Of a stretch of DNA of 63,879 nucleotides, positions 50,974 to 63,879 are shown piece by piece. The position numbers were made by a program, and so were the translations under genes. Where the stretch lies: NCBI GenBank assembly GCA_040357565.1, contig JBDODJ010000063.1; one strand, 5' to 3'. The notes under the pieces are model-generated. The model did no database searches and was not told the DNA's origin. It saw only the letters and a list, made by a program, of their open reading frames with translations. This DNA is from Cercozoa sp. M6MM (lineage: Eukaryota > Protista > Endomyxa: Ascetosporea). The stretch's first letter is position 1, and each line of letters opens with the position of its first letter.

Positions 50974-53900
50974 ATGCAAAGCCAAATCAGGCTTTTGCTT
51001 TCAGTTGTAAATTTAACAACGCTCCTCGTGCACGGACGAGTATCTGAAAGCAACGTATCACATGTTGTGTTGAATTTCACATTGATCACATGGACGCGTT
51101 TTGTCCCCAGCTTTCAGCCAGGTACGTACTCAATGCCAATCGTTCTTGCTGTCTGTGACAGTGAATAGAATGAACCACGTGGTTAGTCGTCGAACTCGCG
51201 ACCGAGTATCATAACTCTGCAGTTCTCAACAACGCTCGTTCGCCCTACTTACGACCACAGTACCTGCTAAACGTCGACTTAATTGGAGACAATCACACCT
51301 TTGAAGACACGGCGGAGAAGTACCAAGTGGCGGCGCGTGATTTAAACAAAAACTACGTCGGAACGTTGCTACAGTTCATGTTGCGTGGTTCTCCGGATGA
51401 ATTACTTCAAATAGGTCGCAAAATCACCTTGGAGCAAGGTACGGCAGGTTCTTGTCAGAAGCTAAAGCTGCAAGAATATACTATCACGCGATGTGCTCAG
51501 GGTTGTCCGAGAATTTACTCCTCCCATTACTTGCTCCAATCACGAGCTCACCTGATGACCAGAAATTCAGCGAGTTCTCTGTGTTTATCCGTACTTCGGT
51601 GAAGGAAGAGATCTCTGCTTTGGTTAACTACGCCTTCACAAGGCGAAAAAGACAACGTTTTGCACACGTATCTTAAGTAAAACTTGTATCATGATGTTGC
51701 TTTAGTTTGACCTTCCTCGACATATACATAGGTGTACGTTCGTCCGACGGCAGAAGTTGCATTCCAACATGCCTTGCAATTTGAACTGCTTTCTGGTCTG
51801 TGGAGTTTTCAGATGACCTCTCCGAGCGGAAGGATGTCTGATGACGACACTAGAGCTATCGTTCGTCTCATGAAAGCGTCCCCCCCAGAGTATCCTTCTA
51901 TGCCCTTTTCAACTAAGACCTGTAAGCTTTGAATTGTACGTGTGCGCAACTCAAAGTGCTCTGCTGCTAAGCATTGGCGGCGTCGACGCTGTGAAACTGA
52001 CGAGAACTATTCTAAACGAGGAACTCCCTCCGAACTTGTTGTTTCTGATGACACCCGCAAGCGCCAGCGTGCTCCGTACTCTTTGTATCGGTGTTCTTCG
52101 GAAACGATGAGTATTCGATCTGCCATAAATCAGTTCCTCCAAGCAACGATGTGTGGGCTAATTTTCCAAACCCACCGGTCGTGATGTATTTTACAATTTC
52201 CTTGAAATTGTTTATAGATTTTAAGTTTAGATGCAGACGATGGGTTTGCTGTATAGGACAAGTTACCTACCAGAGTACGAAGACAGTTCACTCTCCCAGA
52301 ATCTGCGGTCGGCTTCGTTGCATTTCAACAAAACCGTGACGACATCTCGGCTGACATTACTGCCATGGCTTGTCCGTAGCGTATCCATATTAACACGATT
52401 TGTTGTTGCCAGTACGTGCTAGTCCACAGTGCGCTTCGTTTCTCAAGTGCTAAAAACCATGCCAATACCGCTGGAGTCGACAGACCCTCTCCTCTATCGA
52501 AGGATCTTCATGTCGACCGTGTTTTCTGGTGCTGTTTTTTCGTTCTTTAAGTTAAATTGTCTTCATGACGCACATGATTTCTGGATACAGGAATGGTTAA
52601 CCTTGACGATGTTGCTCTGCGATACGGGCCTTTTGGAAATTCGAACTGCACTTCGAAAACCGCGGGATGCCGATGCAATCAGGGTGCGCGACAGTTGTGG
52701 TTTTTGGAGCCTTCTATTCACGACGATGGTGCGAGTGGCAAGTGGAATCCCGTCCAAGGCGGAAGCTTCTACGGTCAAACAAAAGCTGTTGCCTTAAACT
52801 CCTCCCGTTATTGTGAATTGGCTACTGATACAGAATGGGCAGGCTGCACTTTGACACCAGACAACTGCCCCGCCGGCAGTGAACCCAGAGGCCGAGGTTG
52901 CGCACAATGCCCGCTGAATCATGTAATACAACTTTTGTAAATACAACATTGCGGTAACTTGTCATAGAGATGCAAACTTGTCATTTTGCGTACCACAGGT
53001 ATCTAACGAGAACTCAATATCCTTTTGCACGGTCTGTCCGGAAGGAAGATTTTCCGACGAAAAAGGCGGCGAACGTTGTCTGCTGTGCGACTTGAATGGC
53101 AGAACGCAACCTTGGTGCCGTACGTTGGTTGGGATATTGAAGACAAGTGCAAGTATCCTTCGGTGCGTAAGGCTTGGTTTGTGTAAAATCAGCGCGCGCC
53201 TTTGAGTTCTCGCAAACTACGAAGATAGTCTTGCTTGCAATCAGCGGCGTCGCAGTCTTCGTCAATTCAATAGCTTTCGCCTTGTTCTGGGCGTTACGGT
53301 GATTTTCACAGTTCATACCCTACAATACCCCTTTTACCGCAGCTCTCTTCTCAGGAAGGAAAGAATCATCTTTGCTTCGAATCTTTGGGCACAAGCGATG
53401 TTGTGTGTCGGAAACGCGCTTGCAGGAGCCTACGGAATCTTACTGGGTTTGTCGCGATTGTCTTAACACTGTGTTTCATGTAAGTAATTGAGCACTTCAC
53501 TGTCTGTTGTAGTTCTATTAGACTCCCACATGCACGATGCCTTTGAACCGGGTCGAACCGAGCATTTTGGTAAAACTGTTCCCTGTTCGACAAAGTTTAC
53601 CCGTCTTATGAGCAGTGGCGCACCAGTCAGTCTAACTACCTTGCGAAGAGTAAACTCCACTGCGGGTTTTCTCGCGCAACTCGATGCGCAAACGAAAGTC
53701 GAGAAAGTTGAGGGTGAGCACTAAAGTATCGATGACGATGCTGAAGAACATCGCTTGCTTGGTGGCTCCGAACTCAAAAGACGGGTAAACTTAAACTGTG
53801 TGCTCCCACGAGTTCTCATTGGTTTATGGTGCATCTTAGAGCACAATGTCGTCGAACTCACTCAAGCGAATATTGAAGACAGTTTGAGTACTCCTGAAAT

Positions 53901-54171
53901 CGATGAGATCGTGAACGAAGGGCAGCTGGAGGAACTCATCGACGAAGCGAAGAAGGAGCTGCAAGTCGATTTGGCGCTACGAGAGCGGTTAATGGACAGA
54001 CTTGAGCAACTACGAGATCGCACTACTCGGCATAAACTACTCGTGATGGAGTTGTTGGCAGAACAGGAAATCCTTCGGCAGACGAGTGATGCTCAAATCA
54101 CCCAACGACAGAGGAAAGGCTACGACGGTGACAAGTTCGTCACTGTTGCCGTCCGCAGCGACACAAAGTGA
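50974..54171 (+). CDS. receptor-like membrane protein: Venus-flytrap domain, Cys-rich repeats, TM helix and coiled-coil tail
   Basis: LLAPITSS...VFIRTSVKEEISALVNYAF...RFAH; DDVALRYGPFG..C....CRCNQGARQLW; CPAGSEP...CAQCPLN, CTVCPEGRFS; TM IVLLAISGVAVFVNSIAFALFW. The 3' end may extend to 54353. Confidence 0.7.
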
Positions 54172-55059
54172 TCGACCACAAAGGTTTGGAGCTAGAACAG
54201 GAACAAGAGAGTCGACTCCACTCAATTTCTGAAGTCACTAACGCGAACGGACGGAAGTCACGGTTAAAATTAACTGTAAAATTTATGATTGATTCGAATT
54301 TTCCCCGAACTGAGGCCGACATACTGCACAGGAAGGTTAGTCATTTACAGTAAGACAGCATGCTAATTTGAAGCTGTGTCATTGCCCAGAGCTATACTGA
54401 CAACAGCAGATGTGTTGTCGCTTTGATTTGGTCGCACTCTGGAGTGAAACCTCACTGGAGGTGACTTCCTGCTCAGCATACAGTCTGAAAGTAGACTCCA
54501 TGTGAATCGTTCTAAGTCTAGGCTACCTGCTTTCTTTCGAGGCAAGAAACCGTATCAGTGTATCTCCCACTAAAACTGATGCGACAAATTGGCACCGTTC
54601 TTTTCCGATTATAATTACTTTGTTTCGTGAATTTACCTCGAATTATCTCGATTTTTGCAGGGTTGAACGCATAGATCACTTGTTGCATCGCCTCTTCGAA
54701 TTGCACCTAGAAACAACCCCCAAAAGATCGACTTAAATATAGCGATACGAGTCGACGAAGAAGACACAGTGCAACCTGCTCGCTTGGCGTCAGTTGTCGC
54801 GCACTCAGTCCTCGAAGCACTGTGCTGTGCGGTACGTCTGTTCACACACTGTTGGTGAGAAAACAGTTCCGAGTGCGAATTAGCCGAAAGTTGCACCCCT
54901 CCTAGTTGGTCGCCGAGTGGTCATACTTTCCTGCACAAACGGCAACATCCAGATAATCAGATGAATAACTGACGGAAGTTGATTGCTTACACTAAAGGTG
55001 CTGTTCGTAAAGCCAGATCTCACGTTTCCGTATAATGCGCCAATTATACTGGGTCTACA

Positions 55060-58000
55060 AGACTAAAAGCCGCATAGACTATACACCGGCTCGCGGATTT
55101 GGAGAGAAGTTACTTCAAGTTCTTCTTCGGAGCAGCTGGGATTCAGAAGTGACTGGTGCAGCCTCGCATCCAAATCTGCGGCGGTCTCCGCTGCCTACAT
55201 GAAAGAACAGTATTTATTTGTTTGCGTAAATGTCCAACGTACTCTCGCAAGACGTGCTCGCACACTTTTGTTTACCGATGCACCAATGTTGACCTACCCG
55301 ACAGATGATTCAATCGAAAGCGTATCTTCAGCACGCACATGCGTAAACAATTGAATCATCTTTAAAAGATGTCATACACCAAGCGGGGCAGTTGAAGTAA
55401 GAAAGCAGTCATGAATCGAACTGTAAAATTTAGCTTACGCCAGGAGGCAAGCACTCATAAGTATTAACATGACCCCCTGAGAAAACAAAAAGGTACAGAG
55501 CGAGTTCGAGTGACATGTACAGCATGCAACGTGCTTCGCCAACAGTAGGTTCAGCAACTCTGGGCATTGTTTCTACGAAATGTTCGCAAACTGCATAATG
55601 TTTCGTATCCCCGAAAACGAAAGACACGCCCGTACCCTGCAAAAGTTCTGGTCGCACCAGTCGCTCGAGAGCCGAGCGCGTCCTGTCGTTGCCCAACGCA
55701 AGTGCCAGACGATCAAGTGTTTCGACAAACAAGATCCCTTCTGTCGAGTATTCGCTGGAACAGAACGAGTGGAACGCATTAAATCCGGATAGAGTGTTTA
55801 TCTGCTTCCTACAAAATTTATTTATTTTTGCACTATCACGAAATTACCACTGACGTAAAGCACACGAACCTAAATGTTGAAGCTCCTGCAATTATTTCGG
55901 CATCGCTGTCGGGATTGCTTTTAGCCACTGCAGAAGACGATGCCTCGCTGTCTGTTTCTCACACAAACACAACTTAGTGTTGAAACCTGAAGGGCAAGGG
56001 ATGATTCCAACTGAAGGTACGAAGACTGCTCCGTTGACTCGGTGGAATCGGATGCAGGTCTTCTTGTCCGTTGACAAGTATCATCAGTTTTTTCTTCATT
56101 GATGTGCGCTATCAATCCTCGAAAAGGAAGAATAAAATAAAATTAACAACGTGGGGTTTCTGTCAAAAACAATTGAACTTACGTTCTCAACGGCACCGAC
56201 GTCCTTTCGACGTCGTCGCTTCACCATTGTTTGAACAAGCAGTTGTCCTTTCGCTGAAAGTACGATAAACCCTGATTGCACTGATTGCCGGGGGTAGGAG
56301 GAAAATACCTGCACTGAGAGTTGGAACGACCAAGCAGGCGGCTAGCGTGCCCGAGCAGCCAATGATACTCACAAGAACTAAATCTAAATCGGTCGTCGTA
56401 AACACCACCGCCGATGCGACGCAAGAAATGCAGATAACTAGCTCCTCGCTATTGGACACTATTGTTCAACAACGGGAAAGGGTGAGCGAAGTAAACGGCA
56501 TACCAGAAACTGTATCCACTCGTCAAATGTGTCCACAAGTAGAAGTTTATCAATGCTGCCGCCACAATCGCCCACGAGATGAACACTTTTTTCTCACTTT
56601 CGTCCTGCATAAACTACAAATACCCGACTGATTAATTCACTCCGTGGGTGCGAAACTTACGACAGCATCCACAATGAACACCACAAGCAATGCGATTCCC
56701 ATGTGCAAAACGGCGATTATAGAGGTTATCAAAGCGAACTTGCACGAGTGCTACCAATGACATACTACGCATAAAACACAGACACAAACTGGCTGGTGCG
56801 GTCGGTTTGATTAATTTACATACCAAAAGCCAGGATCGTCGAGAGAGAAACCAAGCGGATTGCTTGAGTTCGTAATCACGATCTGATTCGAGTTCACTCT
56901 CAGTCTCACATAACGAAGCGTCGAATCCTCCGCGCTCTTGCGTTGGATCCAATTGGCGGCGCAGCATTTTTGCAACTGCATCCACTAATGGACTGAGTGT
57001 TGTCGTGCTACTTCTTACGGACCGACGAGAGGCAGGCAGAGCCTCTAAATCAATTGGACTGAGACCGGGAGTGCGAGGCGATTGATCATTGGCTGTTCTC
57101 GACGTGGTGCGTTGATCGTCCAACAACGAGAAGACATCAACGTCTGTTGGGAATAAACTTACATAAACGGTGGAAACAGAAAACGTAATGCAAAACAAAT
57201 GACACACCAGTGCCAGGCACACTTCGACGCCTCTGGATCGGTACTTGGTTCAGCATAACGGGTCGAGGTATCGCTTCGCTCTTCCTCCGATAGCCCATTG
57301 CCCTCAGTTGGGTGTTTTGTTCCACCCCTGCATTAAGTCAACCGCCACACTGCAGTTTTTAAGACACAACACAGAGAACGTACACTCCGCTAGTGGTGGC
57401 AACGACAAGGACTCGTCGTCAGATGGCAGTTTTATGTTGCCGGGCAACGACGTTGAACTGCGCAGCGGCTCCTGCCGGCTTCGACGTACTCGGCTTCCGG
57501 AAGGACTTCGTGCCCAAAATGAGTTTCGAAAGCCGACCCACGTGGCACGATGGCGCTGGTGTACACAAAGATGCGTTTATTCCAAAGAATACGATACGGG
57601 AAAAGGAAGGGCAAATTACTCGCTTGACAAGCGAGAACTTGCGCGCTCGTTCGCGTATTCGCGCTTGTTCTGCAGCATCGCTCAAATTCGGCGTTGTTCT
57701 GTGAGCAGCAAACACATTTTTGCTTTTCAGCTGTGCTTGAGGGAACATATGGTCAATTTAAACTTACTCCAATCTGCCAATTTCGCTTTGATTCCTCGCG
57801 CGGCGCTTCGAGGCAATTCCCGAGAACCGACGAAGTAAAGAGCCCACTGTTCCGATTTTCGAAGATTTGTCTTTGTTTTGCACAACGGTTTCGCGAAAGA
57901 AATTCGCGGCAGAGCTGAGCCTGGCTCGAGTCAGTCCGGTCACAAACCATTGGCGGAGCGATCGCACGTTGAGCAATCCAAAAAATGCTGTCATGCATCA

Positions 58001-58530
58001 TTGTCATAAAAACAAAATAGAAGTTAAAACAAGTTCTCAGTGAGTAGTACCCCCAACGGACAAAGTGACAACCAGGCGTTTTGGCGTATCCGAGTTGATT
58101 AGGAAACCCCAGGGAATAATCGAAGCAGACACTGCACTTGCAAGGGTCAAAGATAGACTCCTCGTCGACAAGGGCCGACTGCAGACAAAGTGAATACCGG
58201 AAATAACTGAAATATGATGGCTGGGAACAACAGAACCACAGAACACAGAACGTACTGCCTCCTACAAGCAATGGCGGTGATTAAACAGACGACGACGACG
58301 ACTGACAAGCTAACAGTTGCGACGAACGCGTTTCTCATCCGGTCGCCAGGTCAGACTTGCAACGATGACCAAGCGACCTTCCGACGTGAGCCACTAAACC
58401 AGTTCGTTAAATTGCCTCAACTGCAAACTCGTCTGCAGAACTCCCAGGAGGCCAGGCCGCTGCTTTTTGGCTCCGGGCTCGGGCTCAGAGGTGAGAGCCA
58501 GGCCGATCCAGAAATATCTGTACAGTCCAT
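55060..58530 (-). CDS. hypothetical multi-pass membrane protein with a Cys-rich loop
   Basis: Several hydrophobic exons (FVATVSLSVVVVVCLITAIA, LAACLVVPTLSAGIFLLPP) and minus-strand introns. Limits uncertain. Confidence 0.45.
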
Positions 58531-58644
58531 TTTGTCGCTTTTGAGGCGGGAACTAAGGACGACCTCCGTCAGAACATAGCGTCACTAAGCGGGGTTCCAT
58601 TTTTAATTTCAGATCGATAAGTGGGACCCGTTTGGCGCAGCTCG

Positions 58645-60458
58645 ATGAGTGAAACCGATACGCAGAATGTGTCACGTGATGACTCGGCTTTTCAAGTGCG
58701 TACGAGAGCGCCGTTGCTCGTGAAATGGCACCAACTGATTCGAGAGGCAAGTGCCGACTTATTGCAGGAGTTTGTGCGCGCGCCGGCTTCTTTCGGGTGT
58801 CAGTTCGACGAGAGCGACCTCGCTGGTGCAGCTTTTTCCCTGTCTTGACTCTCTTTTTAAACGTAACTTGTATTCGCGCCCCACCCGTTGATCGGATTGT
58901 GTATATTTAGCTGCCAATTTCTTCTGCAAGGACCGTCCGTCGGATTGGTTCTTACGCTCCGTTGTTGAGAAATCATTCGATTATTCCAGGTATGTTTAAA
59001 CCCCTTTGGCTCTTGATTTTCCGTATTGCAAATGTCAAGGACATTCCCTTTGTTTTCCTTAGTACTAATGTGAAAGACATTGACTCGAAAGTTTTGCTTC
59101 TAATGCACTTCTCGCAAACGGACAGTAACTTTATTTTTGTTGCATTTGTTACCATCATGTCCCCTCCCGTTAACCCTCAGGGATACCTGAGGTTGCCGCT
59201 GCTTTCTGGCGCGTTCGCATGCGTGACAGAGCGCCCGTTGATGTTTCGGAGAACGACAAGCAGCACGAGAGCGACCTTGAAATCATCCGAAAACACCATG
59301 CGGAAACCAAGCGAAAACAAGTAGAACGAACACAGCGTGCCGAACTGCGTGCACGACGCCGTTCGAGTCTAGGCTCCCGGCGCTCGAAACGCTCACTTGC
59401 TGACGACGAAGATGCCGATCTCGGCGACAATGACGATGATAGCGCCAGTGATTTCGATGCCTCCGATGATGACGGTATTTATCTCTATTTGGGAAGCCTG
59501 TTTTCAAAAACAACACTCGTAAACTGTTGTAGCCTTCTTGTTGCGCTCGAAATCCGCGACGAAAAGACGTGTTCGAGGTGCAAAAACGGCGAAATCGACC
59601 AAGAAATCCACGAAAGCTCGTTTCGAAAGCACTGCATCGGTTCCTGAGCACCCGAAGGTTTCGGAGCTGCGTGAGAAACTGCGTCTCAACAACACTGACT
59701 TGGAGGAAAGGCCGCTCGCGAAACTTGGGTTTAAAAAAGCCACGCTGATCGGCAAGGAATCCTACCGGAACGGCAACTCATCGCGACACTGGAGCAAAGA
59801 GGAGGTATTATCCTCTCGTCTCCTTTCCTTTCCTTTGCCCCTATCTGCCTGCATTGCATTACCTTTCAACTGATTGTAGGAGGAGATTCTGCACGCGTTG
59901 ATTCGAAAGTTCCCGGTGGATTTCTGTCGCATCTGGCGAGTGGAACAGTTCGCGCTCGAGTTGTTCCCGTATCGCTCGCCGCGCAGCATCAAACGTCGTC
60001 TCGATCGCATGCGAAAAGACCGCGTGCCTGTCGTTCTCGAAGCCGAGAAACTCGCCGAGCAGTTGCCGCCGTCGAAGCGCGTGACTCGTCGTCCAAGTGC
60101 TACTCCTTTCGAACTCGAACCACCCAAAAAGAAAGCGCGCAAGTCTTTGTCTTCATTGTCCGCGCGGAAGTCACGTCCTTCCGCAAAAACCACTCTGTCG
60201 AAACCAATCGATTTGACTCAGGAGTCAATACCGCCACTTCAGCCGAAGTCAACTCCAGTTCGCCCAGCCAAGCGACGAAATCCACCGCCTGAGAAAGACG
60301 AGTTGAGCCTGTTTCTTGAAGCTGCGCTGAGCGATCCGCCTGTTCTTACGGCTGCTGCTCCAAGTTTGAGCAACCCCGTGGCGCGAAAGGAGGATCGGAA
60401 ACGCGACTTGTTTGCTGATGACTGCAACGACGAGGACTTGAAAGGCTTGCCGCCGTAG
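58645..60458 (+). CDS. SANT/Myb-like domain nuclear protein
   Basis: HWSKEE|EEILHALIRKFPVDFCRIW...LFPYRSPRSIKRR, flanked by K/R-rich and acidic low-complexity regions. Confidence 0.7.
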
Positions 60459-60479
60459 TAGGCGCCTGCTTGACCTTAC

Positions 60480-60513
60480 TGTTACAGACTGTCACTGACA
60501 AACGTCAGTAACA
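60480..60513 (+). mobile_element. 34-bp mini-derivative of element A
   Basis: TGTTACAGACTG is identical to A's left 12 nt. TCACTGACAAACGTCAGTAACA matches A's right end at 21 of 22 nt. TSD TTAC/TTAC. Confidence 0.9.
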
Positions 60514-60965
60514 TTACTATTAGTTGACGGAGTACCGGTCCACCTCGAGAACCCAGTCCGGTCCACCTCGAGCATTACAGGTTTTATTCGCGGCGGCGGC
60601 GGCATGCCGATTTACCGTACCGGGTAATTTTTCAACCAATTACTGACTTCTTTCCATTTTACTTTCTGGGTTATTTCCAATTAATTACCAAGTGATGACC
60701 GTTGGCCTTCTAATGTGATCAGCTGCAACTATTCGTGCCAAAACCTGTTGTCGTTGTATGTCTGCGCCAGCATGTGGTGTTGTGGTAGTAAATACACCTG
60801 CGCCCTCCTAGTACGGTACTGCAGAGCGAGGCTGTGCCGTGTGCGCCGCTACTCATTCCGCTAGCGACGCTGCAGTTCCCGTCCGTTCGTTAACGAATTG
60901 TTCCCTTTTGTACGGAAAGGGCAGGCCAAAACGTAACTGAACGTAAACGAAAGCGAAAGCAATTG

Positions 60966-63879
60966 CTAAGAGGCTTCGAGATCTTCGTCGTGCCATGTGT
61001 ACTTGTGCAGGATCGGCAGCAGGTCGTGCAGTTTCGGCGGCAGGTGGATACACAAGGCGTGTTCGAGTTGCTCTCGTTGGTAGCTGCCCAGCGGAACAAC
61101 AGAAACACGTTTCACGACTTGATCGAGAATGAATCGAATGTACGCAATGGCCTCGTGCAATCGTTCCAGCACAGGAGACGACAGTAGCACATAGGCTTGC
61201 TTGCGAGCCATCGGACTCTAGGCGGGAGATGAGTAGATAAAAAGGCATGGAAGGTAGAAAGAAGATCAAGCATACCACGTGGCCACACACATCGCCGGCA
61301 GCAACGTTTAGGACTGTGTTGACGACCGTCAAGACACCGACAACTGTTATCCCAAATAGTCAGTTATTAGTCATAGATCCTCAATCATAAATCAATCATC
61401 AGTCATCAGTCATCAGTCATCAGTCATACCAGTGCAACGCTCGGTGGCATCAATCACCGGTGTCAGCACATCGCCCGGGAATACGTGTCGAACCTCCACG
61501 GCACCGCTGCTGTCCTGGTGCGCCAGCAGGTGCTTCCGACGAGCCATGGCGAGCAAGGCCTCCGCAAAGCACTCAAACTCCGCACTGGCCCGCAGACCTG
61601 CCCAATAGGAACACACATACGTCCAACAGACCCAAGAGTTAAATAGCGAAACTACAAGACTCCTTGTCGTCTGCGAAGACGCACAAAGCTGCGCAACGCA
61701 GCAATTCCAGTGCTGCTCGCTGACTCGTCGACACTTCTGCTTTCAACGGTGTCATTGTGATTGATACATATAATTCAGAAGAAACTACCAGCAGGCACAT
61801 GGCAATAAACAAAAGGAGTCTCAAACTCGCCAAGCGACTCGAAAACGTTGTGTTCTGGCAGTGGCCACTGCGAAACGCACTGCGCCAGCACTGCTCGACG
61901 CCACGGGTGCTTCCACATCTCATTTGCGCACTTTGCAAAACAACGCCATGTTTGGAATCAAAACCAGAAACAAAAAGGAAAATATCGTTACACTGTGCTG
62001 CTTGACAAACACGTTCATTTTGGTGCAGAACTCACGAATCTTACGACTCCTGTCGCCGCTCGCTTTAGTTTTCATCTAGTCATGGTTTGCATCCGCGCGG
62101 ACACTACGGAGACAGAGAATTAAAGTAAAACTACCTGATACAACAGCAATGAGCGCGACAGCGAGCGAACCAGTGCTCTAGCGTGGCTTTCGTTGGCGAC
62201 GCTGACACTTTGGAACTGATCCAAGTCGAAGGCACGCCGGTTGAACTCGAAGCATTGTGTCACGTTCAGCGACGCTCCCGGAATCGCGAAACGAGCGACT
62301 TCGCAGTGCTCCAAAAAGGTTTCTGAAATTATCGCTGTCGTTTTGAAATTGAAAACAAGGTAACGCAAAAGATAACTGACCGCTCTCGCCTTGCGCTGCG
62401 AGATCGACAGCACTGGCGGCAGGTGAGTTCCAAATCTCCTGTTTGTTGTTTATCATTCAGTTCAGTTCAGTTATTTCGCATAATTCAGAGCGACTCACCT
62501 CGAAAGCATTGCCGAAACATGGTGCACCCAGATATCGCAATTCTACAAACAAAGCTGCGCTCCGTGCCGTGAGTGCTGCTTGCAACGCTGACCTGGACTA
62601 TTGTAAATCACAATCACATTAAACAGAGTATCTCAACACAGACAGAATGAAGTTAAAATACCGCAGTTGCACGTCCCTTTTGGAGTGCAGAGAGCGCATC
62701 GCGTTCAGCCAGAATCAGTTCGACAAATTCACGATCGTCCAAAACTCGTTCTTCGTCGTCGAAATCGGCCAACAAGCGAAACGACATTCGCTTGGACTCT
62801 CTCACTTAAGGTCACAGCGTGCTCCAGTGCGATCTTTGTAATGTGTGCACGCACGCTCACAGATCTGGACACGCGTGTGTTGTACTAATTTGCCGCTGGT
62901 TTGTTACAGTAGTTTTGCTACGAGTGCTCCTTTTTCTTTTTTTAGCGGTGGAATCGTCTCGACCCACACAAAACAAGGCTGTCTCTGGCCACATATTACA
63001 CCTTTGAAGTATTTGCAATTTCGCTTCCGGTTCAACTTCAAGTAGCGTCCCTTCAAATCTACCTGTCTGTTTGATCATACGTTTTTGTCCAGTTTTGTTC
63101 GTGTTTTTCGCAGCAAGATACCAAAATTAAACTGAAGCCGCGTTGAATTCTAAGACACCTTTGCGCTTTTGTAACTATATTCAAGTTAACGCCATAAAAG
63201 AGCTCGTAGGTGCTTTTTTGCGCTCGCAGTGTTTGCGCCAATTGCACTGTCAGATGGTTCGGTTCCTCTCTCTCTGTGGTTCTTCCCGGGTGTCGCAGCT
63301 GGCAAATGCATAAATGCAAAAAGGCGAACCCGATCCAAAGGTATTTGCTCACTTTCGAGTCACAAATCGATTGAGTTTGTCTTTTCTTTTTTGCCAACTG
63401 AGGCTCAAACACAGAACCACAAATCAAACTCTCGTCGTACTCTTCTTTCTTTTTTGGCATCTGAGACAGTCTGTAACAACAGAACTAACTAACTAAACTG
63501 AGCACGTGCACTCGAAGTTTCGTCGTGGCCAAGTCCGAGTCGCTCCAGCACGCGTTCGTCCTGCGACAAATGTGTTTTGTAAAATCCAAGAGTTTAGTCC
63601 AAGTGGCGAGGGTTACAGAAAGAGATAGGAGGGAGGATACCTTGGCACGCTGCTCGTCCGTGCAGCGGAAAACATGAGCGCGCAGTCGCAGCAGTTCGTG
63701 TGCCACGTGGCGCTGTTGCAGCGGCTCCCTGTGGGAGGAGGGAGCTAAGACAGGCTAAAGGGTAGGAGTGGGCTGGTCTACCACTTGGTACGTGTGACAG
63801 TGAGTGCACGCAGCGTTGCTGTGTGAAACTGTCGCCAGCGTTGGAAACTTCGTTCTAGCGACTGCACTGTGTGCTCTGG
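60966..63879 (-). CDS. 3' part of a large Leu-rich helical protein that continues beyond the window
   Basis: Series of minus-strand exons with clear GT-AG introns. The last exon ends ...HKYTWHDEDLEAS*. Confidence 0.55.

Overview
Gene-dense, intron-rich eukaryotic nuclear DNA, probably from a protist (lineage not determinable from sequence alone). It uses the standard genetic code and mostly 50-90 nt GT-AG introns, with about 30 closely packed genes. Recognisable products are a double beta-trefoil fascin-like protein, an RRM-only PPIE-like protein, an MFSD5-type transporter, bleomycin hydrolase, HemD, RPL7A, a GNAT acetyltransferase, glucosidase II beta, a cNMP-binding protein, a PIH1/kintoun-like protein, a C2H2 zinc-finger protein, GFA/CENP-V, a TTC29-like protein, mitochondrial GrpE, an LCM-type methyltransferase, a histone-fold protein, a Venus-flytrap receptor and a SANT/Myb protein. 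The most striking signal is non-coding: a family of mobile elements (A 3804-4288, B 4399-4826, C 31423-31966, D 31972-32559 on the minus strand, and a 34-bp mini copy at 60480-60513). They have TGTTAC...GTAACA ends and 3-4 bp target-site duplications, and all lie between convergent gene ends. The long copies are highly diverged, yet each keeps a TCCGCGNGGA motif, an almost ATG-free strand and host-type GT-AG introns at equivalent positions (two clear in all four, up to four in C and D). Some RNA helices are completed only after splicing. This suggests a mobile, multiply spliced, structured RNA cassette. Gene boundaries were inferred by eye, and many exon limits are approximate.
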